NCBI GenBank assembly: GCA_036229005.1
Contig: JAZAMN010000008.1
Coordinates: 1 to 64,000 of the forward strand
Direction of reading: 5' to 3'
Source: Myxococcota bacterium
GTDB lineage: Bacteria > Myxococcota_A > UBA796 > CAJQPC01
Length of the DNA: 64,000 bases
The notes beneath the pieces were generated by a model that was not told the DNA's origin, did not search any database, and saw nothing but the letters and a program-made list of their open reading frames with translations. Below, one piece after another: positions 17,481 to 26,719 of the stretch (position 1 is the first letter of the stretch; each line of letters begins with the position of its first letter). The position numbers were made by a program, and so were the translations under genes.

Positions 17481-18419
17481 ATGAAGCTGCGCCGCAAGCT
17501 CTTGTTCTCCGCCGTCGCCACCCTGCTGGGCCTGACGCTGCTGGAGGGTGGCGTGCGCCTGGGCAGCGACACCCTGGCCAAGGCGACCATCCCCGCCGAC
17601 GAGATCCTGGCCCACGTCGAGGGCGGCGGCATGAGCCGGGACCCCCTGCTGGGCTGGAAGCACAACCCCCTGCCGGACCCCAGCAACGGCGTGAACAAGC
17701 TGGGGTGGCGCTACCACAAGGTGCCCGATCCCAAGCGCGAGACCTGGCGGGCCTTCGCGATGGGGGACTCCCAGACCTACGGCGCCGGCGTGCTCCCCCA
17801 CGAGTCCTGGCCGGGTCAGGCCGAGCGCCTGCTGCAGATCGGGCGCGGGCAGGTGGAGCTGATCAACGCGGGCTGCTCGGGCTACGGGAGCCTGCAGGCG
17901 CTGCGGCAGATCCGCGAGCAGTTCCCGGCGTACAACCCCGATCTCTACCTGGTCGACGCCCGCGTTTTCGACCAGCCCGCGGACGAGATGGTGCCCCCCG
18001 TCGACGGCGCGCTGCAGCGGCTGCTGTTCCACAGCCGGCTCTACTACTGGATGCGCGTGCTGATCGAGGACAAGCGCCAGAACACCGAGCGCATGGGCGG
18101 CCCCCAGCGCTCCGACGAGAAGACGGGCAACCACCAGGGCATCCTGAACCAGGCGGCCATGCAGGGCGTGCCGGTGCTGTTCCTGGACTACCCGGTCTGG
18201 GACATGAAGCTGGACCGCATCGTGTGCCTGGCGTCGGTGGACCGCATGCCCCCAGATGCCGAGCTGATCGAGGCCTGCAAGGCGATCCAGGCGGACGGCC
18301 GGCCGGGCCGCGAGCTCTTCTTCGACAACAACCACATGCGCCCGGAGGGCAACGCCATCGTGGCAAAGGCAGTGGTCGAGGCCATCGACGCGCGGGGGCT
18401 GGGCCCGGAGCGCAAGTAG
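17481..18419 (+). CDS. SGNH/GDSL hydrolase family protein
   Basis: N-terminal TM; GDSQTYG, NAGCSGY and FFDNNH motifs. Confidence 0.85.
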   Translation: MKLRRKLLFSAVATLLGLTLLEGGVRLGSDTLAKATIPADEILAHVEGGGMSRDPLLGWKHNPLPDPSNGVNKLGWRYHKVPDPKRETWRAFAMGDSQTYGAGVLPHESWPGQAERLLQIGRGQVELINAGCSGYGSLQALRQIREQFPAYNPDLYLVDARVFDQPADEMVPPVDGALQRLLFHSRLYYWMRVLIEDKRQNTERMGGPQRSDEKTGNHQGILNQAAMQGVPVLFLDYPVWDMKLDRIVCLASVDRMPPDAELIEACKAIQADGRPGRELFFDNNHMRPEGNAIVAKAVVEAIDARGLGPERK

Positions 18420-18827
18420 CTACTGCGTGCGCGGCTCGGGCGGCCCCTCCTCCAGCCACACGTGCAGGTCAAAGCGCACCCGCGAGACCCCGGACGCGCC
18501 CTCGGGCACCGCAAAGCGGGTCTGCATCACCACCCGCTCCAGGCAGTCCTCCAGCGCCTGGGGCCAGGCCTCGGGCCGCTCGACCTCCACCGACTCGGCG
18601 CGCCCGTGCGCCGGGATCTGCACCTCCAGGCGCGCCCGCCCCGACAGGCTGGGATCCTTGTAGACCGCGGCGGTGTAGCAGGCCCGGAACGCAGCCCGCC
18701 GCCGCGCCAGCACCTGGTGGGCGTCCTGCTGGAGCATCGGCCCGGCGTCCACGTGGACCTCGGCCAGGCGGAGCTGGGGCTGGAGGCCGTGTTGGGTCAG
18801 CAGCAGAGAGAGAAGCAGGGTGCCCAT
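18420..18827 (-). CDS. AgmX/PglI C-terminal (TonB-C-like) domain protein
   Basis: FRACY...DPSLSGR...LEDCL...F pattern with a signal-like N-terminus. Confidence 0.65.
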   Translation of the reverse strand: MGTLLLSLLLTQHGLQPQLRLAEVHVDAGPMLQQDAHQVLARRRAAFRACYTAAVYKDPSLSGRARLEVQIPAHGRAESVEVERPEAWPQALEDCLERVVMQTRFAVPEGASGVSRVRFDLHVWLEEGPPEPRTQ

Positions 18828-18863
18828 GGGGGGATGGACACCCTGCAGGGTGGGGGGTTCCGC

Positions 18864-19442
18864 CTACTCGGCGCCGATCAGCGCCCCGCGCAGCAGGTTG
18901 AGGCGCGCGGTCTTGAGGAAGACCATGCCCACCGCCGCGAGCACCGCCCAGGCACCCAGGGCGGCCAGGGAGTAGAAGGCGCCCAGAAGCAGCGCGAGGC
19001 CGAGATGATCGACCTCGAAGAGCACCGGCGCGATCAGACCCAGGCTCAGGATGAACAGAGGCGGCCACGGGCGCACGCGCTCCGTCCAGACCGCCTCCAT
19101 GCCGTCCTCGGACAGCGCCATGGTCCCCGAGCACACGAGCCCGGTGGCGCCCAGGAAGAAGGGCATGGGCAGCCCCTGCCAGCGAAAGCCCACGTGCAGC
19201 AGGCTGGACCAGTAGGCCAGCAGGCCCGGACGCAGCCAGAGCGCGTTCACGCCGCGGGACTTCTGCGGGAGGGTGACCTCGCTTGCGACCGGGGTGTCGA
19301 AGCGGTGGGTCCCGCTGCGCTGAACCGGCCCCAGGAGGTGAGCCCACTCGTTGCCAGAGGCCAGAGCGACCCCCTCAACCAGGAGGAGGGTGACGTGGAC
19401 CAGGAAGAGGATCTGCAGGACGACAGGGGGATGCTCGGACAC
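18864..19442 (-). CDS. Hypothetical membrane protein
   Basis: GTG 19442 within the 318-aa ORF; several hydrophobic segments; the upstream part of the ORF overlaps a repeat element. Confidence 0.5.
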   Translation of the reverse strand: MSEHPPVVLQILFLVHVTLLLVEGVALASGNEWAHLLGPVQRSGTHRFDTPVASEVTLPQKSRGVNALWLRPGLLAYWSSLLHVGFRWQGLPMPFFLGATGLVCSGTMALSEDGMEAVWTERVRPWPPLFILSLGLIAPVLFEVDHLGLALLLGAFYSLAALGAWAVLAAVGMVFLKTARLNLLRGALIGAE

Positions 19443-19587
19443 CGCTTTCAGGGAGAAGGAGGGGCCGGTGGGCGCGGGCTCATTCCCGGCCACACCGTGC
19501 AGAAGATACGACCTGTATTCCCCTGGTATTCGGCGATATCGGCGAAAGCGAGGTGCGGCGTGGTCGGCGCATGGGCCCCGGTCGAAG

Positions 19588-19857
19588 GCGCAAGTGGGGG
19601 CGAACGCAACGAGCCGCTGCGTAAGTGGGGGCGAACGCAACGAGCCGCTGCGCAAGTGGGGGCGAATGCAACAAAGCGCGCCGAATGGAGGCTGGGTTGC
19701 GGGGCTGGGGCAACCCAAGTCCCTGAAATCTCGTAAGGGAGCCGGTACCGAGACCGAGCGAGACGGCAGATTGTTGCGTTCACTGCCGCTTGCGCGGGGC
19801 CGTGTTGCGTTCACCGGCACTTGCGCGCGGCCGTGTTGCGTTCACGGCCACTTGCGC
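19588..19857. repeat. Inverted array of 31-bp repeats (3 direct + 3 inverted copies), REP/MITE-like
   Basis: GAA(C/T)GCAAC at 19602, 19633, 19664; GTTGCGTTC at 19773, 19804, 19835; unit GCGCAAGTGGGGGCGAACGCAACGAGCCGCT. Confidence 0.9.
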
Positions 19858-19881
19858 GCCCCGGCCACCCCGAAGACCGCC

Positions 19882-20268
19882 CTACATGCCCTCGGGCGGC
19901 TCCCAGAGCTCGATCTTGTTGCCCTCGGGGTCCAGCACCCAGCCAAAGCGGCCAAAGTCGGACTCCTCGATGTCCTCCATCACGCGGGTGCCCACGCTGC
20001 GGAGCTGCTCAAGCATGGCGTCCAGGTCGCGCACGCGGAAGTTGAGCATGAAGGGGCTGCGGCTGGGGCTCATGTAGTCGCTGCCCAGCGAGAAGAAGCC
20101 CAGGGTGGTGCTGCCCGGGCGCTCGGGGCTCTGGCCCTCCGGCCAGGAGAACACCGCGCCGTGCTGGAAGCTGATGTTCACGCCCAGGCAGTCGCGGTAC
20201 CAGCCGGCCAGCTTCTCCGGCTCCTGGCACTTGAAGAACACCCCGCCGATCCCCGTGACCTTCTCCAT
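19882..20268 (-). CDS. VOC/glyoxalase family protein
   Basis: KVTGIGGVFFK, MLNFRVRDLD and GRFGWVLDPEGNKIELWEP motifs. Confidence 0.9.
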   Translation of the reverse strand: MEKVTGIGGVFFKCQEPEKLAGWYRDCLGVNISFQHGAVFSWPEGQSPERPGSTTLGFFSLGSDYMSPSRSPFMLNFRVRDLDAMLEQLRSVGTRVMEDIEESDFGRFGWVLDPEGNKIELWEPPEGM

Positions 20269-21534
20269 TCAGGCTCCCTTTTCGCGCAGCAGTGGCATGG
20301 TGAGACAGCGGGGTCCGCCCCGCCCGCGGGAGAGCTCGTGGCCCTCGATGTGGATGGCCAGCTTGCGGCCCGAGGCCACCAGCGCGTCGAAGTCCCCCCC
20401 AAAGTCGCGCTCCAGCATCTCCAGGTAGGACTCGGCCATCCAGCACTCGAAGCCGTGGGCCTCGAGGGCCTTGGCGGTGCGGTTGTTGCGGGCGTACCCG
20501 ACCACGATCCCAGGGGCCAGGGCCACGAAGTTCGCGCCGTCCGTCCACTGCTCGCGGCGCTCGGCGATGGGGTCGCCCTGGCCGCAGGGGATGGCCGTGA
20601 CGGGGTGGCCCACCTGGGCGAGGGCGGAGACCAGGTCCCCGTCCACGGGGGCGATGCGCACGGGGCCAGCGGAGAGCTCCAGGCGGATGACGCTGCACTC
20701 CTCGGGGTCGCCGCGGCGCAGGATGGGCTCGTAGACCACGGCCTTGTCGCGGTCCACGAAGGTGAACACCGTGTCCAGGTGCATGGAGCTGCGCTGCTTG
20801 GGCATCTCCACCACCAGCACCTGCTCGATGCCGTGGGTGGCCAGGTCCTCGGCCAGGTGCAGGATCATCGCCCAGCTCGTGCGCTCGCTGGCGCCGATGA
20901 GGGCGACGCTGGGGGAGACCACCAGGACGTCGCCGCCCTCGACGGTCAGGGGGTAGCGCGCCCCGCGGGCGGACTGCAGGTGCGCGCGGGAGGCCATGGG
21001 GCCCTCGCACAGGTAGGGCGAGTGGGTGGCGATGGCCTCGGTGATCAGCGACTCGCGGCGGCGGGCCTTCTTGGAGGCGGCGCCCAGCACCAGCAGCGGC
21101 CCGACCACGGCGGCCAGGTCGCGGGCGAAGAGCAGGTTGGGCAGGGGGTGCATGACCGACTCGCCGCCCACCACACCGGCGACCAGGGCCAGCGCCAGCT
21201 CGGGGGCGTCCAGGCCGCCCAGGCGGCGCATCATGGGGCCGGAGAGGTCCTCGAGCTGGGCGATCTCGGGGATCAGGCGGCGCCGCAGGGGCGCGTCCTC
21301 CAGCGCGGCCAGCAGCAGGTCGTCCAGGTCCAGGACCTGCGCGGCGCTCCCCAACACGGCGGCGAGCTGAGCGTGCTCCTCCTGGGCCGAGGGGACGTGC
21401 ACCAGGTCATCGAAGAGCAGGTAGCCGTCCGACCCGGGGTGGATGTGCTCCGGCAGCATCGAGGCCAGGGCTGTGCCCGGCGTCTTCACCACCACCCGGC
21501 GCAGCCGGTCGACCTCGCTTCCCACGTAGCGCAT
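20269..21534 (-). CDS. arcA: Arginine deiminase
   Basis: VGSEVDRLRRVVV, LLFDD, PNLLFARD, EGGD, MHLDTVFT, REQWTDGAN, ELSRGRGGPRCLTMP (catalytic Cys); ATG 21534 with GGAG RBS. Confidence 0.92.
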   Translation of the reverse strand: MRYVGSEVDRLRRVVVKTPGTALASMLPEHIHPGSDGYLLFDDLVHVPSAQEEHAQLAAVLGSAAQVLDLDDLLLAALEDAPLRRRLIPEIAQLEDLSGPMMRRLGGLDAPELALALVAGVVGGESVMHPLPNLLFARDLAAVVGPLLVLGAASKKARRRESLITEAIATHSPYLCEGPMASRAHLQSARGARYPLTVEGGDVLVVSPSVALIGASERTSWAMILHLAEDLATHGIEQVLVVEMPKQRSSMHLDTVFTFVDRDKAVVYEPILRRGDPEECSVIRLELSAGPVRIAPVDGDLVSALAQVGHPVTAIPCGQGDPIAERREQWTDGANFVALAPGIVVGYARNNRTAKALEAHGFECWMAESYLEMLERDFGGDFDALVASGRKLAIHIEGHELSRGRGGPRCLTMPLLREKGA

Positions 21535-21573
21535 TGGGTGCTCCAAGCTCCAAGACAGCGCTATGCTAACGGC

Positions 21574-22362
21574 ATGCTCGCCCACATTGCCTGGCTCACC
21601 GATCTCTCCTCCAGCGCCGCCCGCTGCGAAGGCCCCATCCTGGCGCTCTCCCGCCTCGCGGACGCCGAGGTGCACATCGTGCACGCCCTGGGACAGCACC
21701 CCGAGGGCCGGGATCGCGCCTTCGCCGAGCTGCAGGGCATGGCCCAGCGCTTGTCCGAGCAGGGCGTCAACGCCCGGCCGGTGGTCTCCGAGTCCACCCC
21801 AGAGGCCTGGGCCCACGCCTTCTCCCACCCCCGCGGCATGCTCGCGGTGGGGCGCACCGGCCAGCGCGGGCTGGACCGCCTGATCCTGGGCAGCTCCACC
21901 GAGAAGATCCTGCGCGAGGCCACCCAGCCGGTGCTGGTCTCCGGGCCCCGCAAGAGCTTCGACGGACTGCAGTCCATCCTCTGCGGGGTGGACCCAGACC
22001 ACGAGTCGCACGCCATCGAGGCCGCCCTGGACCTGGCCCTGGCCGCCGGGGCGCCGGTGACCTTCCTGCACGCGGTCAACGTGGACAAGGTGCTCGACGA
22101 TGACCAGGTCATCGAGGACATGCGCGCCCTGGTGCGCAGCGCCCTGAGCCCTGGCCAGGCCGAGCAGCTCAAGGCCACTTTCGAGGTCGGCCGCGCCGCC
22201 GGCCCCGCCGAGGGCATCATCGCCGTCGCCCAGAAGCACAGCCTCACCGTGGTGGGCTCCAAGGGCCGCCGGGGCATCGCCCGCTTCGTGCTGGGCTCCG
22301 TCGCCGAACAGGTCGCCCGCGCCGCCCCCACCCCGGTGCTGGTGGTCCCCGAGCGCGACTGA
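21574..22362 (+). CDS. Universal stress protein (tandem Usp domains)
   Basis: Two G(R/S)xG...LGS..E..R..A..PVLV motifs. Confidence 0.9.
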   Translation: MLAHIAWLTDLSSSAARCEGPILALSRLADAEVHIVHALGQHPEGRDRAFAELQGMAQRLSEQGVNARPVVSESTPEAWAHAFSHPRGMLAVGRTGQRGLDRLILGSSTEKILREATQPVLVSGPRKSFDGLQSILCGVDPDHESHAIEAALDLALAAGAPVTFLHAVNVDKVLDDDQVIEDMRALVRSALSPGQAEQLKATFEVGRAAGPAEGIIAVAQKHSLTVVGSKGRRGIARFVLGSVAEQVARAAPTPVLVVPERD

Positions 22363-23961
22363 GTGTCCCGCCGCCTGCTGACCGGGCTCGGCGTGCTGGC
22401 GGCCCTGCCTCTGCTGGGGGCCGCCGGGGTGGAGCTCGCCTGGAGCGTAGCCGCCCAACAAGCGCAGCAACAGGGCGTTCACGTCGCCCACCGCGAAGGC
22501 CACCCCCTGGCCCACCACTGGAGCGGGATCCAGCGCGGAGCCCTCCACGTGGCCGACCTGCACTGGGAGCTGGGGCGTCCACACCAGCTTGTCCTCGCTG
22601 GCGCCGAGGTGCGCTTGGACAGTGGGGGACAGGCCCCCGGTGAAGGAGGTGGGCTGCTGCGGGTTCAAGAGCTACCGGCCCTACCTCCCTGGATCCAGGT
22701 CCACGTCCAAGACCTGAGGCTCGTGGTCGACGGCGAGGTCATCGGGGAGCCACTCACGGGGATCTGGACGCCCAGCGGGGGCCGGCTGGAGGCGACGGAC
22801 GGCACGCAGGTGCTCACGCCCGGACCGGAGGGCGAGGACCTGGTCGCGGTGACGGGGCTGGAGATCCCGCTGGAGGCGCTCTCGGGCTGGCTGCAGGTGA
22901 GCGCACAGCAGCGGGGGGATGTGCTGACCGCGCAGCTACACGGCCAGGAGCTGGTGGCGCGGCACCCGGTGCTCTCCAAGCGGGCGCTGGAGCTGCCGGC
23001 GCTGGATGCCTCGCTGGTGGGGTCGCTCTCGGAGCGGAGCGCCCACGGGAGCTGGTCGCTGGGCAGCCTGCAGGGCAGCGTGGAGATCGCGTGCAGTCCG
23101 GCATGTACGGCGCTGGTGACGGTGCCCTCCCAGCCGGCCGAGCAGGTGCTGTCGGTGGTCGCCCCCCTGGCTCCGGAGCTGCGCACGGCGCGGGTGCTGG
23201 GGGATCTGGGCGGCACGCTGACAGTCGACGCCGAGGGCAACTGGGTGCTCACCCCGGACATCGGCAAGCTGCAGGTGGAGGGGGCGGTCCCGGACCTGGG
23301 GAGCCTGCGGCGGGGGCGCTTCCGCTACCGGGTGCGGCGGGCGGACGGGGGCGCGCAGATCCGGACGAGCGGCGAGGGGACGCCGGACTGGGTCCCCCTG
23401 CGCAAGGTCTCCCCCAACCTGCAGGCAGCGGTGGTGGCGGCGGAGGACAGCGCCTTCTACCGCCACGAGGGCATCGATCCCGAGGGCATCGCGGGGGCGA
23501 TCTCGGACAACCAGGCGGCGGGGGGGATCGTGCGCGGGGGCAGCACGCTCACGCAGCAGTTGGCCAAGAACCTGTACCTGGACGGGGAGCGCACCCTGGA
23601 GCGCAAGCTGCGCGAGGCCCTGCTGGCGCTGGAGCTGGACCGCAGCCTGGGCAAGGAGCGGGTGCTGGAGCTCTACGTCAACGTGGTGGAGTGGGGCCCG
23701 GACCTGTGGGGCATCGGGCCGGCCAGCGAGCGCTACTTCCTGCGCCAGGCCGACAAGCTGCCGCCCCACGAGTCGGCCTTCCTGGCGGCGCTGCTGCCCA
23801 GCCCGCGGCGCTACTACCAGAGCTGGTACGTGGGCGGCCGGGAGCGCAACGGGGCCATCGCGCGCATCCTGGAGAACATGGCGGACGGCGGCTTCTTCTC
23901 CAGACAGGAGGCGGCGAATTGGAGCCGGGAGACGCTGCGGCCGATCCCGCCGCCGGAGTAG
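22363..23961 (+). CDS. mtgA: Monofunctional peptidoglycan transglycosylase (GT51) with N-terminal extension
   Basis: AAEDSAFYRHEGID, RGGSTLTQQLAKNLYL, RKLRE and LELYVNVVEWG motifs. Confidence 0.85.
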   Translation: MSRRLLTGLGVLAALPLLGAAGVELAWSVAAQQAQQQGVHVAHREGHPLAHHWSGIQRGALHVADLHWELGRPHQLVLAGAEVRLDSGGQAPGEGGGLLRVQELPALPPWIQVHVQDLRLVVDGEVIGEPLTGIWTPSGGRLEATDGTQVLTPGPEGEDLVAVTGLEIPLEALSGWLQVSAQQRGDVLTAQLHGQELVARHPVLSKRALELPALDASLVGSLSERSAHGSWSLGSLQGSVEIACSPACTALVTVPSQPAEQVLSVVAPLAPELRTARVLGDLGGTLTVDAEGNWVLTPDIGKLQVEGAVPDLGSLRRGRFRYRVRRADGGAQIRTSGEGTPDWVPLRKVSPNLQAAVVAAEDSAFYRHEGIDPEGIAGAISDNQAAGGIVRGGSTLTQQLAKNLYLDGERTLERKLREALLALELDRSLGKERVLELYVNVVEWGPDLWGIGPASERYFLRQADKLPPHESAFLAALLPSPRRYYQSWYVGGRERNGAIARILENMADGGFFSRQEAANWSRETLRPIPPPE

Positions 23962-23970
23962 GGGCCAGGC

Positions 23971-24261
23971 GGTCTGAGTGAGCGCTTCGCTGCGGCTACG
24001 CTGGTCGGATGAGCGGAGGGGGGTGGCTACGCGGTCTGAGTGAGCGCTGCGCTGAGGCTACGGGGACTCAGTGAGCGCTTCGACCAGCGATTTGCGGCTC
24101 CGCGGGCCAGATCGAGCCCAGATCGGCCCGAATCACGGCGATCTCGGCGCCCACAGCGGCAGATCGGTGAGTCGATCGCTCACCGGTGGGGCGTAGCCTC
24201 AGAAGACCGCTCACTCAGAGGGCGTAGCCTGTAGCGACCGCTCACTCAGCCCGCGTAGCCT
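23971..24261. repeat. Second inverted array of 31-bp repeats (4 direct + 3 inverted copies), REP/MITE-like
   Basis: TGAGCG at 23979, 24010, 24041, 24072; CGCTCA at 24177, 24208, 24239; second conserved block GGCTACG / GCGTAGCC. Confidence 0.88.
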
Positions 24262-24275
24262 GCCGACCGGGGTCC

Positions 24276-24557
24276 TCAGCCCCCGAAGTCCACCGCCCGG
24301 CTCTCGCGCGCGTGCTCCTTGATGAAGGCCACGACCTCCAGGTGCACGGGGTCCTGGGCGTAGGCCTCCAGGCCGGCGCGGTCGGCGTGGCGGGTGATCA
24401 GGGCGAGCTCCATCGAGCGGCCCGAGCGGGTGGTGTCCAGGCCGGCCTCGATGTCGAGCAGCGCGGGGATGCGGCCCTTCATGGCCAGCAGGCGGTCGCG
24501 GGCCTGGGCGGCGCGCTCCAGGTCATCGAAGGCGAACAGCACGACGTGGGTGAGCAT
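24276..24557 (-). CDS. Dabb (stress-responsive alpha/beta barrel) protein
   Basis: HVVLF...IP...G...LEAY..DPVH...AVDF pattern. Confidence 0.85.
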   Translation of the reverse strand: MLTHVVLFAFDDLERAAQARDRLLAMKGRIPALLDIEAGLDTTRSGRSMELALITRHADRAGLEAYAQDPVHLEVVAFIKEHARESRAVDFGG

Positions 24558-25768
24558 CAGTAGACCCCTTCCTTCTTCATTTCCTTGAGCTTCTTGAGGC
24601 GGCGCTTGGCCGGGCTGTAGCCGTCGGTCTTGACGGCCTGGCGGTACCAGCTCTCGGCGGTGGCGTAGTCCTTGGACTTGAAGGCGATGTCGCCCTTCCG
24701 GGACTGGGCCTGGGCCCGGTAGTAGTCGTCCAGCCCCGCGAAGCCCAGGTAGGTGTCGATGTGCTCGGTGGCCTGGTCCAGCTTGCTGGTGCGCAGGTAG
24801 CAGGTGGCCAGGTAGTAGTGGGCCCGCTGGTTGTCCGTGTCATCGCGCAGGATCTGCTTGAGCACGCCGATGCTGCTGTCGTAGCGCCGCAGGTAGATCA
24901 GGTTCCGGGCGTGCACCAGGTTGTTGATGACGTTGTCGGGGTAGGCCTTGTGGTTCCGCGCGGTCTGCACCAGCGCGCTGTCGTAGTCCCGCTCCTCGAT
25001 GTAGGTGAATGCGAGCGCGAGGCTGGCACCCGGCCCCAGGAAGGCCGCCTCCTGCTCGGCGCGCTGCATGCGCTGGATGCCCTGGGCGCGGTTGTCCTCG
25101 TCGGGGATGGCCTTGGAGGAGAGGCTCGCGGCGCTCTTCCAGTAGTCCCAGAGGCCGTCCAGCAGCAGGATGTCCTTGAAGTCGGGGGCCAGCGCGCGGG
25201 TCTGGTCGATGTGTTCCACCGCGTCAAAGCCCTGCTTGATCGCCGGGACATAGTCGCCACGCCGCATGGTATGGATGGCGTCGACGCCGGCCAGCGCGCC
25301 CAGCAGGAAGTGCTCCCAGGCCTCGGCGCCCGGCTGGGACAGGCCCGCGGTGAGCTCCTCGCGCGCGGCGGCGGAGTGCTTGCGGTACTTGCTCTCCCCG
25401 CGGAAGTCGAAGTTCTCCATCATGTTGGACTGGAGCACCAGCACCAGGCCGGTGTTGCCCACGCCGCGGCCCGGGTAGGCCTGCTCGATCTGCGTGAAGC
25501 GCTTGCCCGCCCCGGCGTAGTCGCGCGCGTAGAGGTCCTCGGCGGCCTCATAGCAGGCGCCGATGAAGTCCTCCTCCAGCGAGAGCGCGGTGGCGGCCGC
25601 GGACACGGTCGCAGGCCAGGTGCCCTCGCCGGCACGCACCGTCCTGGGGGGTGGGGCTTCACTGGGTCCCAGGCGGAGGGCCGGGGCGCCTTCGGTCACC
25701 CGATCCCCCTCGGCTTCATCGTCATCCAACTCCTGGGCGAATCCCAGCGAGGCGAGCAGCAGGATCAT
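24557..25768 (-). CDS. Secreted TPR-repeat protein
   Basis: Signal-like MILLLASLGFA; TPR-like helices (AHYYLATCY, KGDIAF). Confidence 0.75.
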   Translation of the reverse strand: MILLLASLGFAQELDDDEAEGDRVTEGAPALRLGPSEAPPPRTVRAGEGTWPATVSAAATALSLEEDFIGACYEAAEDLYARDYAGAGKRFTQIEQAYPGRGVGNTGLVLVLQSNMMENFDFRGESKYRKHSAAAREELTAGLSQPGAEAWEHFLLGALAGVDAIHTMRRGDYVPAIKQGFDAVEHIDQTRALAPDFKDILLLDGLWDYWKSAASLSSKAIPDEDNRAQGIQRMQRAEQEAAFLGPGASLALAFTYIEERDYDSALVQTARNHKAYPDNVINNLVHARNLIYLRRYDSSIGVLKQILRDDTDNQRAHYYLATCYLRTSKLDQATEHIDTYLGFAGLDDYYRAQAQSRKGDIAFKSKDYATAESWYRQAVKTDGYSPAKRRLKKLKEMKKEGVY

Positions 25769-26718
25769 GGGGCGCTCCGGGCAGCCACCAGCGCCTCCAC
25801 CTTGTCCGTGATGGTCTTCTCCAGGCGCAGGCCGCCCATGAGCTGACGCACCTCGTGCAAGCCGGTGGGGCTGGTGACGTTGATCTCTGTGAGGGTGGTT
25901 CCGATCACGTCGATCCCTACGAACAGCAGGCCCTCCGCCTTCAATCGCGGGCCGATGGCCGCGCAGATCTCCTGATCGCGCTCGCTGAGTTCGCAGGCAT
26001 GGACGGTGGCCCCGACGTGCATGTTGCCGCGGTGATCGCCCTGTCCAGGCACCCGCAAAAACCAGCCCACGGGCTCGCCGTCGATCAGGATGATGCGCTT
26101 GTCGCCGTCGGTGATCTCCGGCAGGTAGCGCTGGGCGATGCAGTAGCCCCGGCCCTCATCGGTGAGCAGGTCGGTGAGCGAGCCCAGGTTCTTGTCCTGG
26201 GCGTGGGTGACGACCACCCCGCGGCCGCCGTTGCCGTCCCAGGGCTTGAGCACGATGCGGTCGAAGCGCTGGGCGAACTCCTTGACGTGCGCGAGCTTGT
26301 TGGTGACCACGGTCTCCGGGCAGAGCTCGGGGTACTGCAGCGCGACCATCTTCTCGTTGGCGGTCTTGATCGAGCGCGGGTCGTTGAGCACGACCGTGTT
26401 CGGCAGCGCCAGATCCAGGATGTAGGTGGAGAAGATGTAGTCCATGTCAAAGGGCGGGTCCTTGCGCATCCAGATCACGTCGAAGCTGGAGAGCTCGGCG
26501 GCGTGGGACTCGCAGCGGGCCCGGAAGTGGGGGGCCTCGGTGTGCACCGTGACGGGGTGCAGGTGGGCCATGCCCTTCTGGTCGTGGACGTAGAGCTCGT
26601 TGGGGTGGCACCAGGCCACCTGGTGGCCGCGCTGGTGGGCCTCGAGCATGAGCAGGTAGGTGCTGTCGCCGCGCACATCGATGCGGTCGACGGGGTCCAT
26701 CACAAACAACTGGCGCAC
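25765..26718 (-). CDS. gshB: Glutathione synthetase
   Basis: FVMDP, MRKDPPFD, NEK, KPWDGNGG, GDKRI, RGNMHVG and TEINVTSPTG motifs. Confidence 0.95.
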   Translation of the reverse strand: MRQLFVMDPVDRIDVRGDSTYLLMLEAHQRGHQVAWCHPNELYVHDQKGMAHLHPVTVHTEAPHFRARCESHAAELSSFDVIWMRKDPPFDMDYIFSTYILDLALPNTVVLNDPRSIKTANEKMVALQYPELCPETVVTNKLAHVKEFAQRFDRIVLKPWDGNGGRGVVVTHAQDKNLGSLTDLLTDEGRGYCIAQRYLPEITDGDKRIILIDGEPVGWFLRVPGQGDHRGNMHVGATVHACELSERDQEICAAIGPRLKAEGLLFVGIDVIGTTLTEINVTSPTGLHEVRQLMGGLRLEKTITDKVEALVAARSAP

Positions 26719-26719
26719 G

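Noticed and set aside
19588..24261. CRISPR arrays at the two 31-bp repeat loci
   Set aside because: Units are contiguous with no unique 30-40-bp spacers, the arms are inverted, and there are no cas genes in the window.
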